Source: a virus
Lineage: Duplodnaviria > Caudoviricetes
IMG/VR virus record: IMGVR_UViG_3300002835_000169
Coordinates: 1,061 to 65,060 of that record
DNA: 64,000 nt
Direction: 5' to 3' (one strand)
This document shows positions 46,394-55,810 of the stretch, in pieces. Each line of letters starts with the position of its first letter. Within the stretch, counting starts at the first letter, position 1. The translations under genes were made by a program, and so were the position numbers. Below the pieces are notes generated by a model. It was not told the DNA's origin. It was given only the letters and a program-made list of their open reading frames with translations, and made no database searches.

Positions 46394-47080
46394 TTAATTG
46401 ACGAGCTGTACTCTTCCGCCACCGCCACCGACAAGCTGGGAAGTAGCTGGTGTTCCAGCCAAACCAAAATCAGTTGGTGCACTGCTTTCAAGGTCAGTTG
46501 CAAAGTTAACGTCAAAACCTTCGTGTACGAGTGTCATCTGTTCTACGAACAGAGCGTTATCTCCTGCATTTAGGTCTGAGTAAGCAACTGAGGTAGGCCA
46601 GCAGTTATACACCTTAAAGCGCATAGCTACGTGGTCTGTTGGTAGGGTGGTATCGCCACTTCCTTCGGTTCCAACGCCTGGGATTGGGTGAGACAGAACT
46701 GCGATTTCTAGGTCGCAACGGAAGTTTTCTTTAACTCCACGTGAACCTGCACCACCTTGAACTGTGGCAAACAGCTCTCGCATCCAATTCCAGTTTTTGG
46801 CAGTTCCAAGAATCATTCCACGCTGTAGAGTGATAGGAGCAAAGGTTGTTTGCCCTGGAATTTGGTGAACAGTAGTGTTGTAACCGCCTTCACGGTAAGG
46901 AATAGAGTCTGTTGTTACAGCCATTCCCGATACAGATGTAAAACCCATAACAGCAGTGGTTTCAGCTAACGCTTTAGTTGCGGCGCTTGCGCCAGTCTGT
47001 TGTTTAAACGTAACCAAAAACCTAAAGTTACGTAATGGGTCTGTCAATAGGCTTGAGCGATTGTTAGTTATGGTAGCCAT
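46394..47080 (-). CDS. tail tube protein (T4 gp19-like)
   Basis: DPLRNFRF, YREGG, ITLQRG, WP...SDLNA...LVHEG. Confidence 0.92.
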   Translation of the reverse strand: MATITNNRSSLLTDPLRNFRFLVTFKQQTGASAATKALAETTAVMGFTSVSGMAVTTDSIPYREGGYNTTVHQIPGQTTFAPITLQRGMILGTAKNWNWMRELFATVQGGAGSRGVKENFRCDLEIAVLSHPIPGVGTEGSGDTTLPTDHVAMRFKVYNCWPTSVAYSDLNAGDNALFVEQMTLVHEGFDVNFATDLESSAPTDFGLAGTPATSQLVGGGGGRVQLVN

Positions 47081-47098
47081 AATTTATTATCTCCTTGG

Positions 47099-48655
47099 TT
47101 AGTTCAGCGTCTTTTGGCTGAGGTCAATGACGATGAACTCTGCAGGGTACTGCAGTGCAACGCCAACTTCAATGTGGACTTCACCTTGAGCGATTAGGTT
47201 TGCAGGGTTGTTTTCTGCGTCGCACTTGATGAAGTAAGCTTGTGCAGGTCCTCCACGAAGACCTCCTTGATTGCGGTACTCATTAAGGAATGAATCAATG
47301 ACACCGTTGATTTGTGACCATAGGCGCTCATCATTGTTTTCAAAGATTGCAAACTCAGTTAGAGCCTTTAGACGTGCTTTGATGTAAATCAAAGAACGAC
47401 GCATATTTACATAACGGTTTGCAGTTCCATCTTGTAGCAGAGTGCGAGCACCCATAACTACAATTCCTGCGCCAGGAATCTGACGCAGAGGATTAATTGG
47501 TGCAACTGAGCCTGTTCCTGTTGCTGGCAAGCCAACGTTCATTCGGTCTAGCTCAGCTGTTGTGAATACGCGCTCAAGAGCAACCATTCCAGCAACTGGG
47601 CTTCGTAGACCAGCAGGTGCTTTAAACACGCCGATGCTTGCATCTGTTGCTAGGTATCTTCCTACAACTGCTCCTGAAGGACCTACCAAACGAAGTGCGC
47701 CGTTTCCACGACCAACTGGGTCTGCGATGTAAGCGTGTGGGTAGTACATAGCAGTTGAGCTCTTGCCACTGAGTGCTTGAGCTACAGCGATTGCAGCATC
47801 CACAGTTAGGCCAGCAGCTGTTTCTGCAACGTAAAAGCCGTTGTTAGCTTCAGCCCATGCTGATGCTGCGGCTGTAACTGTTGCGGTAGAGGTTGGAACT
47901 ACATCGTAGATGTTTGGTGTAAAGATAACTAGAGGACGATTTACGAAGTTGAACTCGTTCCAAACGGCAGTTGATGTTGCAGCATAAGAGGTGTAGTCAG
48001 ATGCAACCACTGTTGCACCATCTCCACCATTTACTGGTGAGCCGCCAACTGTAAGTGGGTAGATACCTGAAGCAGGTACACCAGCAGCATTGTTGGCAAT
48101 AGTGATGTACGCAGAAGTATTGTTAATTACATTGTTTGCGTAATCTGAGCTGGTTGAAAATGATGGGTCAAAAATAACGTTCTCATAACGCTCAAGAAGA
48201 ATATCGTTAGCAGTGTTTGAAGCAGTTCCTGACACAGTCTCTCTAGTAAGAGTTAGCGTGTAAGTACCAGCAACAGTTCCAGCTTCAACTTGTATACGAA
48301 GGTTAGTTCCGTCTGAGCCACGGTTCCTAGCTGTAGCAGTAAAAACAGCTACTGAACCAGCAGTAGATACTGTCACTGCAGCGCTAGATGCGTTTGATGA
48401 GAGAATACGCTTTACGTATAACTCACGACCACCATTGGCGAAGAATTGAGCAACTCCAAAAGTAGATGGGTATGCGTTGTTGTATCCTCCAAAATACTTG
48501 GTAAATTCATACCAAGAATTAACAAGAGTTACAATTTCTGGACCTTGAGCAAATGGTGCAGCAATTGCACCTGCAGCGTTAGCTTCAGCTCCAGTTCCAA
48601 TTGGTGCGGGTAGTAGGCGCTCACTAATGTAAACACCTGGACGGCTATAAGCCAT
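47099..48655 (-). CDS. tail sheath protein
   Basis: PGVYI, KAPAG, GARTL, YVNMRR, FENND, PAEFI. Confidence 0.95.
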   Translation of the reverse strand: MAYSRPGVYISERLLPAPIGTGAEANAAGAIAAPFAQGPEIVTLVNSWYEFTKYFGGYNNAYPSTFGVAQFFANGGRELYVKRILSSNASSAAVTVSTAGSVAVFTATARNRGSDGTNLRIQVEAGTVAGTYTLTLTRETVSGTASNTANDILLERYENVIFDPSFSTSSDYANNVINNTSAYITIANNAAGVPASGIYPLTVGGSPVNGGDGATVVASDYTSYAATSTAVWNEFNFVNRPLVIFTPNIYDVVPTSTATVTAAASAWAEANNGFYVAETAAGLTVDAAIAVAQALSGKSSTAMYYPHAYIADPVGRGNGALRLVGPSGAVVGRYLATDASIGVFKAPAGLRSPVAGMVALERVFTTAELDRMNVGLPATGTGSVAPINPLRQIPGAGIVVMGARTLLQDGTANRYVNMRRSLIYIKARLKALTEFAIFENNDERLWSQINGVIDSFLNEYRNQGGLRGGPAQAYFIKCDAENNPANLIAQGEVHIEVGVALQYPAEFIVIDLSQKTLN

Positions 48656-48693
48656 TGTTTTCTCCTAACTAGTTGGGTAGGGGTTCCGTGTTA

Positions 48694-49359
48694 TTACGAA
48701 TTAGTCCATGGATAAGCGGCATCAAACGGAGATGTAGTTTGTCCTTGAACAAACTCTCCAGTTGTGCCAGTGCCGATAACCTGCAACGTTTTATACACTT
48801 TTGTATAGGTTTGTGAGGCAATCTCGGATGAGACTCTCACTGTAAAAGCGTTCATAAATAAACGCTTTCCTTGCTCTGTAACGTCTCGCTTTGAGACATC
48901 CAGAAGGTCTAGACGACGGACTGTTCCATCATCTGGCTCCAATACAGCAAACCGCATTGGAATTTTATTTGTGAGCATTTGCGCCAAGATTTGACGGTCG
49001 TGTCGCGGTTGACGAGAGTAGGTAGTCACTTGGTAATCAATATTTACAGGAATAGGGTAGTGAATGTACCAATCGTTCTCGTCCGCATCGTACGTTCCAG
49101 TTCCTGACGGAGAACTCGTTGGGTTTGGCAAGTAGTCTGGTTTTACTAGTCCACGATGAGCACGTGCAGGGTCTTCTGCGATGTCAATCATGTCAATTGT
49201 GACATAAGGATATGATTGCTCACGGATTTCTTGGTCAGGTTGCCCAAAATAAACTTTTACACTGCGGGAGGTATTGTCATTAGTTGACTTTTGGTCAACT
49301 ACGGTCATACCCAAAAGAAGATTACGCAAAGCTTCGTCTTCTGAAAGAAGAAAGGTCAT
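48694..49359 (-). CDS. tail terminator/completion protein
   Basis: Position before the sheath; YPYVTID, PVNIDYQV. Confidence 0.7.
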   Translation of the reverse strand: MTFLLSEDEALRNLLLGMTVVDQKSTNDNTSRSVKVYFGQPDQEIREQSYPYVTIDMIDIAEDPARAHRGLVKPDYLPNPTSSPSGTGTYDADENDWYIHYPIPVNIDYQVTTYSRQPRHDRQILAQMLTNKIPMRFAVLEPDDGTVRRLDLLDVSKRDVTEQGKRLFMNAFTVRVSSEIASQTYTKVYKTLQVIGTGTTGEFVQGQTTSPFDAAYPWTNS

Positions 49360-49673
49360 AGTTCGCCTCCCATGTGCTTTAGCATTCTACCTACAAGGAA
49401 CTCTTCAGCTTCAGAGGTGTTGTTAGAAAAACGTCGCATAGCTGCGGTAGGACGGCTATTTTGGGTGCCGTATTCCAAGTCATTAATCTGCTTGGTGTGC
49501 TTTTTATTAGCGGAAATTTTAAATTCACCTTCGTGGTAATGGACCTTCATACCCTTAACGATATGGTCAGGCCAGCCAGCTGCGGTAGCTTCATTACGGA
49601 GGTGTGAGGAGAGATACTTAGCAGTTTCGTGACTGCTCTTATCTAGCGATGTATGAGCGTGGGTGTCAGCCAT
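49356..49673 (-). CDS. neck/tail completion-like protein
   Basis: LEYGT..RP motif. Confidence 0.6.
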   Translation of the reverse strand: MADTHAHTSLDKSSHETAKYLSSHLRNEATAAGWPDHIVKGMKVHYHEGEFKISANKKHTKQINDLEYGTQNSRPTAAMRRFSNNTSEAEEFLVGRMLKHMGGEL

Positions 49674-49780
49674 TGTGTACCTTTTTTTTGGTAAGGCAAA
49701 GCAACATGGATAAACCCCTTATACAACGCAAGCAGTTGGGACTGCACAGGCCCGCAGCGGGTTACTGATAAACCTATGAT

Positions 49781-49807
49781 AAAGAAGAAAGGCCCCTTTC
49801 GGGGCCT
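49781..49807 (-). terminator. intrinsic terminator
   Basis: AGGCCCC-GAAA-GGGGCCT-TTCTTCTTT on the - strand. Confidence 0.85.
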
Positions 49808-49813
49808 AACTAC

Positions 49814-49990
49814 TTACTTCTTTTTAATCTTTTTAACTAGGGCCTTATCCATCTTTGTATCGTCTTCTTGAGACTTAGGTTTACGATGTTTCTTGTCCAT
49901 TTTTTCAAACTTGGCTTTTTCCTCTTTACTAAGACCTTTAGTGGTCTTAGCGTCCTGCTTTTTGTCAGAGGCTTTTGTGTACTTTGACAT
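49814..49990 (-). CDS. 58-aa Lys-rich peptide
   Basis: MSKYTKASDKKQDAK...KKIKKK; TAATG coupling. Confidence 0.7.
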   Translation of the reverse strand: MSKYTKASDKKQDAKTTKGLSKEEKAKFEKMDKKHRKPKSQEDDTKMDKALVKKIKKK

Positions 49991-50118
49991 TACTTCCCCT
50001 TTGGCTTTGGTTTGGACTTTTTGCTGCTATCTTTTTTAGCAAACTTCTTGTTTGCTGCAGCAAGGGTCTTCATGCCGTGCTTATCTTTTGGCTTAGCGCA
50101 GCCACAGGTGGCGCACAT
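49990..50118 (-). CDS. 42-aa Lys-rich MCxxCGC peptide
   Basis: MCATCGCAKPKDKHG... Confidence 0.7.
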   Translation of the reverse strand: MCATCGCAKPKDKHGMKTLAAANKKFAKKDSSKKSKPKPKGK

Positions 50119-50303
50119 TACTTCTTCTTCTTCTTGCGAAGGGCAGCGAAGTCAGAGCCTTCTAGCTTGCCGTCTTTGTCTGCATCAAGCTTCTTCTGCT
50201 TTGGTGACATCCCTTTAGAAGCCGCTTTCTTAGCAGTCTTCTTTGGGCCTTTGCCAAAACCTGGCTCGCCCTTTTTCTTACCACATCCACATGCTGCACA
50301 CAT
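50118..50303 (-). CDS. 61-aa Lys-rich MCxxCGC peptide with EF-hand-like loop
   Basis: MCAACGC...LDADKDGKLEGSDF. Confidence 0.75.
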   Translation of the reverse strand: MCAACGCGKKKGEPGFGKGPKKTAKKAASKGMSPKQKKLDADKDGKLEGSDFAALRKKKKK

Positions 50304-50441
50304 TTACTTGCTCACTTTCTTTTTAGGTTTAGCGATTTTTTTCTTACCAGAACCTTCAGGAACACAGTTTGGCACTTTCTTACCGTTCTTCATCTTCATG
50401 CCTACTTGAACATAGCCATCCCAACAAGGTCCTTTAGCCAT
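50304..50441 (-). CDS. 45-aa basic peptide
   Basis: MAKGPCWDGYVQVGMKMKNGKKVPNCVP... Confidence 0.7.
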   Translation of the reverse strand: MAKGPCWDGYVQVGMKMKNGKKVPNCVPEGSGKKKIAKPKKKVSK

Positions 50442-50688
50442 TTGTCTTATGCCAATCTTTAGTTGCTTTAACGCCTTGCTTAATTGTTTTAGCGCCAGCC
50501 TTCTTTGTCAGGTTAATCTTGTCGTAAGTGCCTTTGTCACGGTTGGTATGGTCAACAATGACCTCACCTTTTTTGTTCTTAGAAATCTTATGCGTTTCCC
50601 GTGCAGGCTTGCCTGGGACCTTGATAGCCAAAGTTACTGGCTTTTCAACCTTAGCTTGGGTCTTTTTTGCCGCAGCCACAGTTGCCAC
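50434..50688 (-). CDS. basic hypothetical protein
   Basis: 84 aa. Confidence 0.7.
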   Translation of the reverse strand: MATVAAAKKTQAKVEKPVTLAIKVPGKPARETHKISKNKKGEVIVDHTNRDKGTYDKINLTKKAGAKTIKQGVKATKDWHKTNG

Positions 50689-50703
50689 ATTTACATTCTG
50701 GTC

Positions 50704-50829
50704 TCATTCGTCTTCCTCTTCTTCGTCGTCTTCAAAGTCAAAGTCCTCATCAAACAGGTCTTCATCTAGCTCAGGCTCAAAATCTTCAAAGTCAACATCC
50801 TCAATGATGTCATCTTCAAACTCTGACAT
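50704..50829 (-). CDS. 41-aa extremely acidic peptide
   Basis: [41 protein letters not shown]; TAATG coupling. Confidence 0.7.
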   Translation of the reverse strand: MSEFEDDIIEDVDFEDFEPELDEDLFDEDFDFEDDEEEEDE

Positions 50830-51080
50830 TATGCTGGTCCAATCGTTGTAATCGTTCCTGAAGAGCCTCTGTACTTCAGAGCTCCAGCTTCTACATACAA
50901 AATTCCTCCACCTGTCATATTGGCAGTAGGTGCAGTCGTATTAGTAAGGTTTACTTTTCCAGTAAAGGTTGGAGATGCAATAGGTGCTTTTAAAATAGTT
51001 TGCGCATCTAAATAATCAAGTGCAGTATTTAGTTTTACATCCCAGTTAAGCTCTCCATCAACAGGTTTATTTAACGGCAT
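50829..51080 (-). CDS. small structural protein
   Basis: [34 protein letters not shown]. Confidence 0.7.
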   Translation of the reverse strand: MPLNKPVDGELNWDVKLNTALDYLDAQTILKAPIASPTFTGKVNLTNTTAPTANMTGGGILYVEAGALKYRGSSGTITTIGPA

Positions 51081-51085
51081 AATTA

Positions 51086-51691
51086 TTACCTTCCATATCC
51101 ATAGCTACCATAAAGTCCAACACCATAACCGAGTACACCATTTCCAGAACCAACGCTTGGTGAGGCGTAGCTTTGGAACTGTGGGTCATTGACAAGCTCT
51201 TCGGCGTTAACCTGGTTGCAGTCAATGGTGACTACAGAATAGCGCTCTTTATACCGTCCACGTGGCATAACCCGTGTAGGAACAAATACTTTTTGTTGGA
51301 ATGCAATTCTATCTTTAATGTGGGTCGTTGGGTTTGTAATCATATCTGGAAGAAGTATGTTTACATCAGAAACCGACACAACAAGGCGCAGAGTATCTGT
51401 GACGTAGAAGCCTCGTTCGTTCATAACGTTTGTAGAGCGCATCTGTTGAGCCATAATTACAGGCAGTTCAAATGGGTTCTTCCAACGACGTCCTTCTCCA
51501 GGAGTGGTACTTGAGACATCGTAGATGTCATCAACAACTAGGTTTGGATTTGCATCTAAGTAGTCTTGGTCCCATACCCACCAGGATACGGTGGTACCAA
51601 CAGGGTCACGAAGGTCATCAACCATGCCCTCATCCATTGACTTACTTTCAAAGTCAATTTTAAAACGCCCCTGTACTTTGTTACCACGCAT
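51086..51691 (-). CDS. head-closure/neck protein
   Basis: Synteny; beta-rich; GY-rich C-terminus. Confidence 0.6.
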   Translation of the reverse strand: MRGNKVQGRFKIDFESKSMDEGMVDDLRDPVGTTVSWWVWDQDYLDANPNLVVDDIYDVSSTTPGEGRRWKNPFELPVIMAQQMRSTNVMNERGFYVTDTLRLVVSVSDVNILLPDMITNPTTHIKDRIAFQQKVFVPTRVMPRGRYKERYSVVTIDCNQVNAEELVNDPQFQSYASPSVGSGNGVLGYGVGLYGSYGYGR

Positions 51692-51727
51692 ACGAGGATT
51701 ATCTCTTAAAGAAGAGTAGAAAGTGGG

Positions 51728-51928
51728 CTAAGCTTCTGGGGTCTCAAAAGGGTAATGAGTGCCAGGAACAACGCTCTCTGGTTCGTTTGTTACATCTATA
51801 GTCAATGGCTCACTTAACAAGATTGCAGCTAAGCGCTCATCTGTGTGAAGGATGTCTTGAATAACTCCGTCAATAACAAAAGCAACTTTTTTTGGGGGAA
51901 GTGGACGGTTTGGGTCAAATGGTTCCAT
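51728..51928 (-). CDS. small fibre-associated protein
   Basis: VAFVIDG...AAILLSEP. Confidence 0.65.
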   Translation of the reverse strand: MEPFDPNRPLPPKKVAFVIDGVIQDILHTDERLAAILLSEPLTIDVTNEPESVVPGTHYPFETPEA

Positions 51929-52188
51929 TACTTTGTTTCCTCTTCTGATTGGTCTTCTGTGTAGCTAATCTCTACAGCGGCCCACTTGTCTAGTGGACAA
52001 AATGCATTTGGAAGTTTTACTTTTGACTGCATAAAGCAGCCACATTCTTTACACTGACCTGTTAGTTTTATTAACTTAGGGCAAGCAGAACAGATTTCGT
52101 ACCGTTCTTCTGCAACAGTTGTTTGAACTCTTCCAAGGTTTTTATTGAATAAATCCCAAGGACGTGCATTACGTGGTTTGTTGCTCAT
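51928..52188 (-). CDS. DUF6171-like Cys-rich small protein
   Basis: RYEICSAC...QCKECGCFM..K...CPLDKW. Confidence 0.75.
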   Translation of the reverse strand: MSNKPRNARPWDLFNKNLGRVQTTVAEERYEICSACPKLIKLTGQCKECGCFMQSKVKLPNAFCPLDKWAAVEISYTEDQSEEETK

Positions 52189-52198
52189 TGTGCTCCTA

Positions 52199-55075
52199 TT
52201 ATGATACCGAGAAGTTGTCTACCCCTGCTCCAAGGGCTAGTGTGCTAGTGCCTAAAAATACACCGTAATTTCCAACAGGAGTACCTGTACCTGTTGTGGT
52301 GTAAATCTGAGTACCGCTTGAGTTGTAAGCATATACTGTCCAAGAACCAGCCGCACTTACTACCGCTGTAATCTTTGTAGGGGTAGACCCAAGTAGCCCA
52401 CCTGTTGTTCCACCAGTAATAATTCTGTCACCAGTAGCGGTAGCTGTTGGTGTAACTGGTTGTCCTCCTCCAAGAGTAGTTCTGTCGGAGGTATTTCCAA
52501 GGCAACCGCATGTTGGGTAAGAGTTTACAGCCGCACCAGTTGAATCGTAGGATGCCGAACCATAAGTACAGTTTGGGTATGTTCCGTTGTTTGTGCTAGA
52601 GGTTGCAGTCGCTTGACCTTGATATGTAGCACTAATTGCAGTAGTTCCGTAATTACAGTTTGGGTATGTGCCAGAGGCTGGGGTTACCTTAGAGCTTACA
52701 GTTGCGTTTGTGTAGGAATAAACAGGCATTGTGCCTTCGGCGTAGCAAGAAGCGTAGGACCCAGAACCAGTTGTTGGGTTTGGTCCATTCACAGTACCGC
52801 TACCGCACAAGTAGCATGTGCTGGAAGTTGGCGTAAGCTGATAGCCACCTTGTAAACAATCTCTTAAACAAATAGAGCCGCTTCCTTCAGGAAGGCATTC
52901 TCCAATGTAAAAACATGGGTTGGAATAGCTTTGAACATCTATTGATGTACAGCTTCGTGCAGATGGAGTTGCGCTGTAAGTAGTAGCACCGCCAACGTAT
53001 GAGTAAATACCATTACCAGTAGTTCCAGCATAAACCTGACACTGAGTATTGTTGTAGAGAGTTCCACTACTACAGCTGTAACAGCTTCCGTTGTACTCTG
53101 TAGTTCCAGAAGGACAAACGGCTGAACCTTGAGCACAACTAAGGCAATTAGGAAAGGAAAAAGTTCCAGAACTACAGGTGTAACACTGCCCGTTAAATTG
53201 GTTTTGACCACCTGGGCAAGAATAAAATGTCGTTCCAGTACAATAATAGTTTCTATAACTACAGTCAGTACAGTAGTTGTTACCTGTTGAATACGTGTAG
53301 GTGTACTGTTGGTAATACGAACTATAGTAAGACCCGCTACCCGTTACCCACCACGCAACTCCGTAACCGTTACTTACATCGGCTGTTACCGTTGCAGTTC
53401 CATTACCAAACGATACAGAGGCAACACCAGACGAAGATGAAACGCCACGACTTCCGTTGGTAGACCAGGAACCAGAGTGAGAGGTCCAAGGACTACCAGA
53501 AGAGGTTGTTCCTAAAGTAGAACCAGAACGGTTAAAGTTGTCTGTAATAGAAGGCAGTGGAAGAACACTGTTTGAGGTTATTCCTCCTCCTACACCAGCT
53601 CCGTTTCTTGCTTTTAGAGTAAATGTGTATGACTGAGTTGCCGCAAATGTTCCTGAAACGCTTACAACGCCACCTGCAGCGCTAGGTGTTCCAGAGTAAG
53701 TCAAAGCAATCGCAGGGCTAGAGACAATATCTCCAGTACTTGTCCCACTTCCTTGCCACGCAGTAAGTGCGGACCCGTTTTGTACAATGGCTCCGTACGT
53801 TAGGTTTACAGATGTAGTGGTTGCAACAGCAGCGCTTAAACTTGCTGGAGTACCAGGAGTTGCTGGTGCAAACGGCGTAATAGATTGAGAGGAAGCAGTT
53901 GCAGTGCCCATAGGGTTAGTAACGCTAAAGGACACAGTGTATTGAGTTCCCTGCACATAACTAGCTGTGTAAGTTAAAGCGCCTGACGTGTTTCCTACAG
54001 GACTTGTCCCTGCGGTAGTTGGTGAGATTCCAGAGACTTCTGAAACATATGAAGTAACAGCTTGTCCACCAGTGCTATAGGAGTACGTTCCAGTAATGTT
54101 GGTGTTGCCAGTACTAGACAGGGTAAATGTAGGAGTGCTTGGGATAGTTGCAGCAACCCGTGAGTTACTTGATGCAGATGCTGGAGAATCTCCATTTGCA
54201 TTTACTGCTTTAAGGATTACAGAGTAAGAAGTTCCCGCTACAAATGCTGGAGTTCCAGAGGTGCTTTGCGTAGTTAAAGTCATTGGGCTTGTATTGCTTG
54301 GCGCTGTTATGTAAGTAGTTCCACCATCTGTTGAGTACTTGTACGAGGTTATTGCTGAGCCACCTGTGCTTGTTGGTGCTGTAAAGGTCAAAGTAAACTG
54401 TGGGTTAGAACCAAAAGCAATACCAGTAACATTTGAAAGAGTTCCGATAGTAGGAGCAGATTCAGGAATAGAAGACGGAGTAATGAAGGTACTTGCAGAA
54501 GAAGCTAAGCTTGTTCCATTATCGTTAGTTGCGGTAACTGTGTAGTTTCTAGAGATACCCACAGTTTCAGATATAGTAATTGGAGAAGTTGCTCCAGAAA
54601 CAACTGTAGTGCTAGAAGAGGTTGCTGTAAAAGTTGTGATTGATTTTCCACCAGTTGCGCCAGCGGTAAAGACAACCCCAATGTTTGCAGAACCAGTGTA
54701 TGGCTGACCACTAGCAAGAGTGGGAGTTCCGATAGTTGGAGCCTGTGGAACGGTAGTTGCAGTAATACTATCTGATGCAGCAGAGGCAAGACCTGTTCCT
54801 ACAAAGTTTGTTGCTGTTGCTGTAAAAGTATAAGCGGTATTAGATTGCAACCCAGTTACAGTTAAAGGAGAAGAGGTACCAGAGGCTGTGAATCCTCCAG
54901 GGCTAGAGGTTACTGTGTAAGAGGTTGCTTCAAAGCCAATTGGACTTGGGGTAAAGGTAACTACTGCTGCGCCATTATTGAACGCTCTATCTGTTCCTAC
55001 ATCTGTAGCTGTGCCAATTGTTGGAGCGTTAGGTACTTGCCTACGGCTAGAAGCCGTTACTCCAACAATTGACAT
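52199..55075 (-). CDS. fibronectin-III repeat fibre/receptor-binding protein with Cys-rich insertion
   Basis: Repeated P.APTIGT...YTFT.TATN..G.S FN3 units; 24 Cys in the distal part. Confidence 0.85.
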   Translation of the reverse strand: MSIVGVTASSRRQVPNAPTIGTATDVGTDRAFNNGAAVVTFTPSPIGFEATSYTVTSSPGGFTASGTSSPLTVTGLQSNTAYTFTATATNFVGTGLASAASDSITATTVPQAPTIGTPTLASGQPYTGSANIGVVFTAGATGGKSITTFTATSSSTTVVSGATSPITISETVGISRNYTVTATNDNGTSLASSASTFITPSSIPESAPTIGTLSNVTGIAFGSNPQFTLTFTAPTSTGGSAITSYKYSTDGGTTYITAPSNTSPMTLTTQSTSGTPAFVAGTSYSVILKAVNANGDSPASASSNSRVAATIPSTPTFTLSSTGNTNITGTYSYSTGGQAVTSYVSEVSGISPTTAGTSPVGNTSGALTYTASYVQGTQYTVSFSVTNPMGTATASSQSITPFAPATPGTPASLSAAVATTTSVNLTYGAIVQNGSALTAWQGSGTSTGDIVSSPAIALTYSGTPSAAGGVVSVSGTFAATQSYTFTLKARNGAGVGGGITSNSVLPLPSITDNFNRSGSTLGTTSSGSPWTSHSGSWSTNGSRGVSSSSGVASVSFGNGTATVTADVSNGYGVAWWVTGSGSYYSSYYQQYTYTYSTGNNYCTDCSYRNYYCTGTTFYSCPGGQNQFNGQCYTCSSGTFSFPNCLSCAQGSAVCPSGTTEYNGSCYSCSSGTLYNNTQCQVYAGTTGNGIYSYVGGATTYSATPSARSCTSIDVQSYSNPCFYIGECLPEGSGSICLRDCLQGGYQLTPTSSTCYLCGSGTVNGPNPTTGSGSYASCYAEGTMPVYSYTNATVSSKVTPASGTYPNCNYGTTAISATYQGQATATSSTNNGTYPNCTYGSASYDSTGAAVNSYPTCGCLGNTSDRTTLGGGQPVTPTATATGDRIITGGTTGGLLGSTPTKITAVVSAAGSWTVYAYNSSGTQIYTTTGTGTPVGNYGVFLGTSTLALGAGVDNFSVS

Positions 55076-55153
55076 TAGTTAATTCCTATCACAAAACAAG
55101 GAGAATACTCTGAGATATTACTCATTCCTATATTGTAGAGCGGGCTGCTTCTT

Positions 55154-55804
55154 TTAGCGGGGCAAGTCACGGATTAATTGCTTGTAGGCTATATGCTTCC
55201 CGTAATAGTTTACCTCAAAAGTATCGTCAAAAGCTGACTTAAACCCCTCTGAATGAAGGGCACCGTAAAAGTCTTTACAGGCAGTATCACTTATGGAAGC
55301 TTGTACACAAAAACGCGTTAAGGGGCAAGCCCACTTGTTTAACTTATCAGTTAAATAGTATTCATCTTTCATACTTTTTATAATTATTTCAAGATTTTTT
55401 GAGTTTTTTCCAACAACATAATTACAATTATTATAGTCAAGCGGGGGCATACCTGATTGGCTAGTTGCTAAAAGGTCATGCTCACACTGCAAGGTTTCAA
55501 GCATGTAGTCTAGAGGAACTGTACATACCGAATCCATATCTGCATACGCCCCACCATATTTATAGGTTACTAGGTATCTCCATATATCACCTTGAGTTAT
55601 AGGAGCTAATTTTTCATAGTGAGTATAGAGCACGGGGTCTTCTGTCTTTACGAATTCTGCCCTATCCACATGATTAACGTACCTATACTCCCAGGTTGGA
55701 TTTAAATTTATCCAAGTCTGGGTTACTTGCTTTAAATGTTCTGGCAAATCTTCATATAGGTAGTTATGTGTTTGCCAAATTATCTTAGGAACATCTTTAG
55801 GCAT
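55154..55804 (-). CDS. GT32/DXD glycosyltransferase
   Basis: PKIIWQT, DIWRYLV.YKYGGAYADMD. Confidence 0.9.
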   Translation of the reverse strand: MPKDVPKIIWQTHNYLYEDLPEHLKQVTQTWINLNPTWEYRYVNHVDRAEFVKTEDPVLYTHYEKLAPITQGDIWRYLVTYKYGGAYADMDSVCTVPLDYMLETLQCEHDLLATSQSGMPPLDYNNCNYVVGKNSKNLEIIIKSMKDEYYLTDKLNKWACPLTRFCVQASISDTACKDFYGALHSEGFKSAFDDTFEVNYYGKHIAYKQLIRDLPR

Positions 55805-55810
55805 ACAAGG

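Noticed and set aside
52199-55075. Diversity-generating retroelement target
   Set aside because: No reverse transcriptase or template/variable repeat pair is visible in the window.
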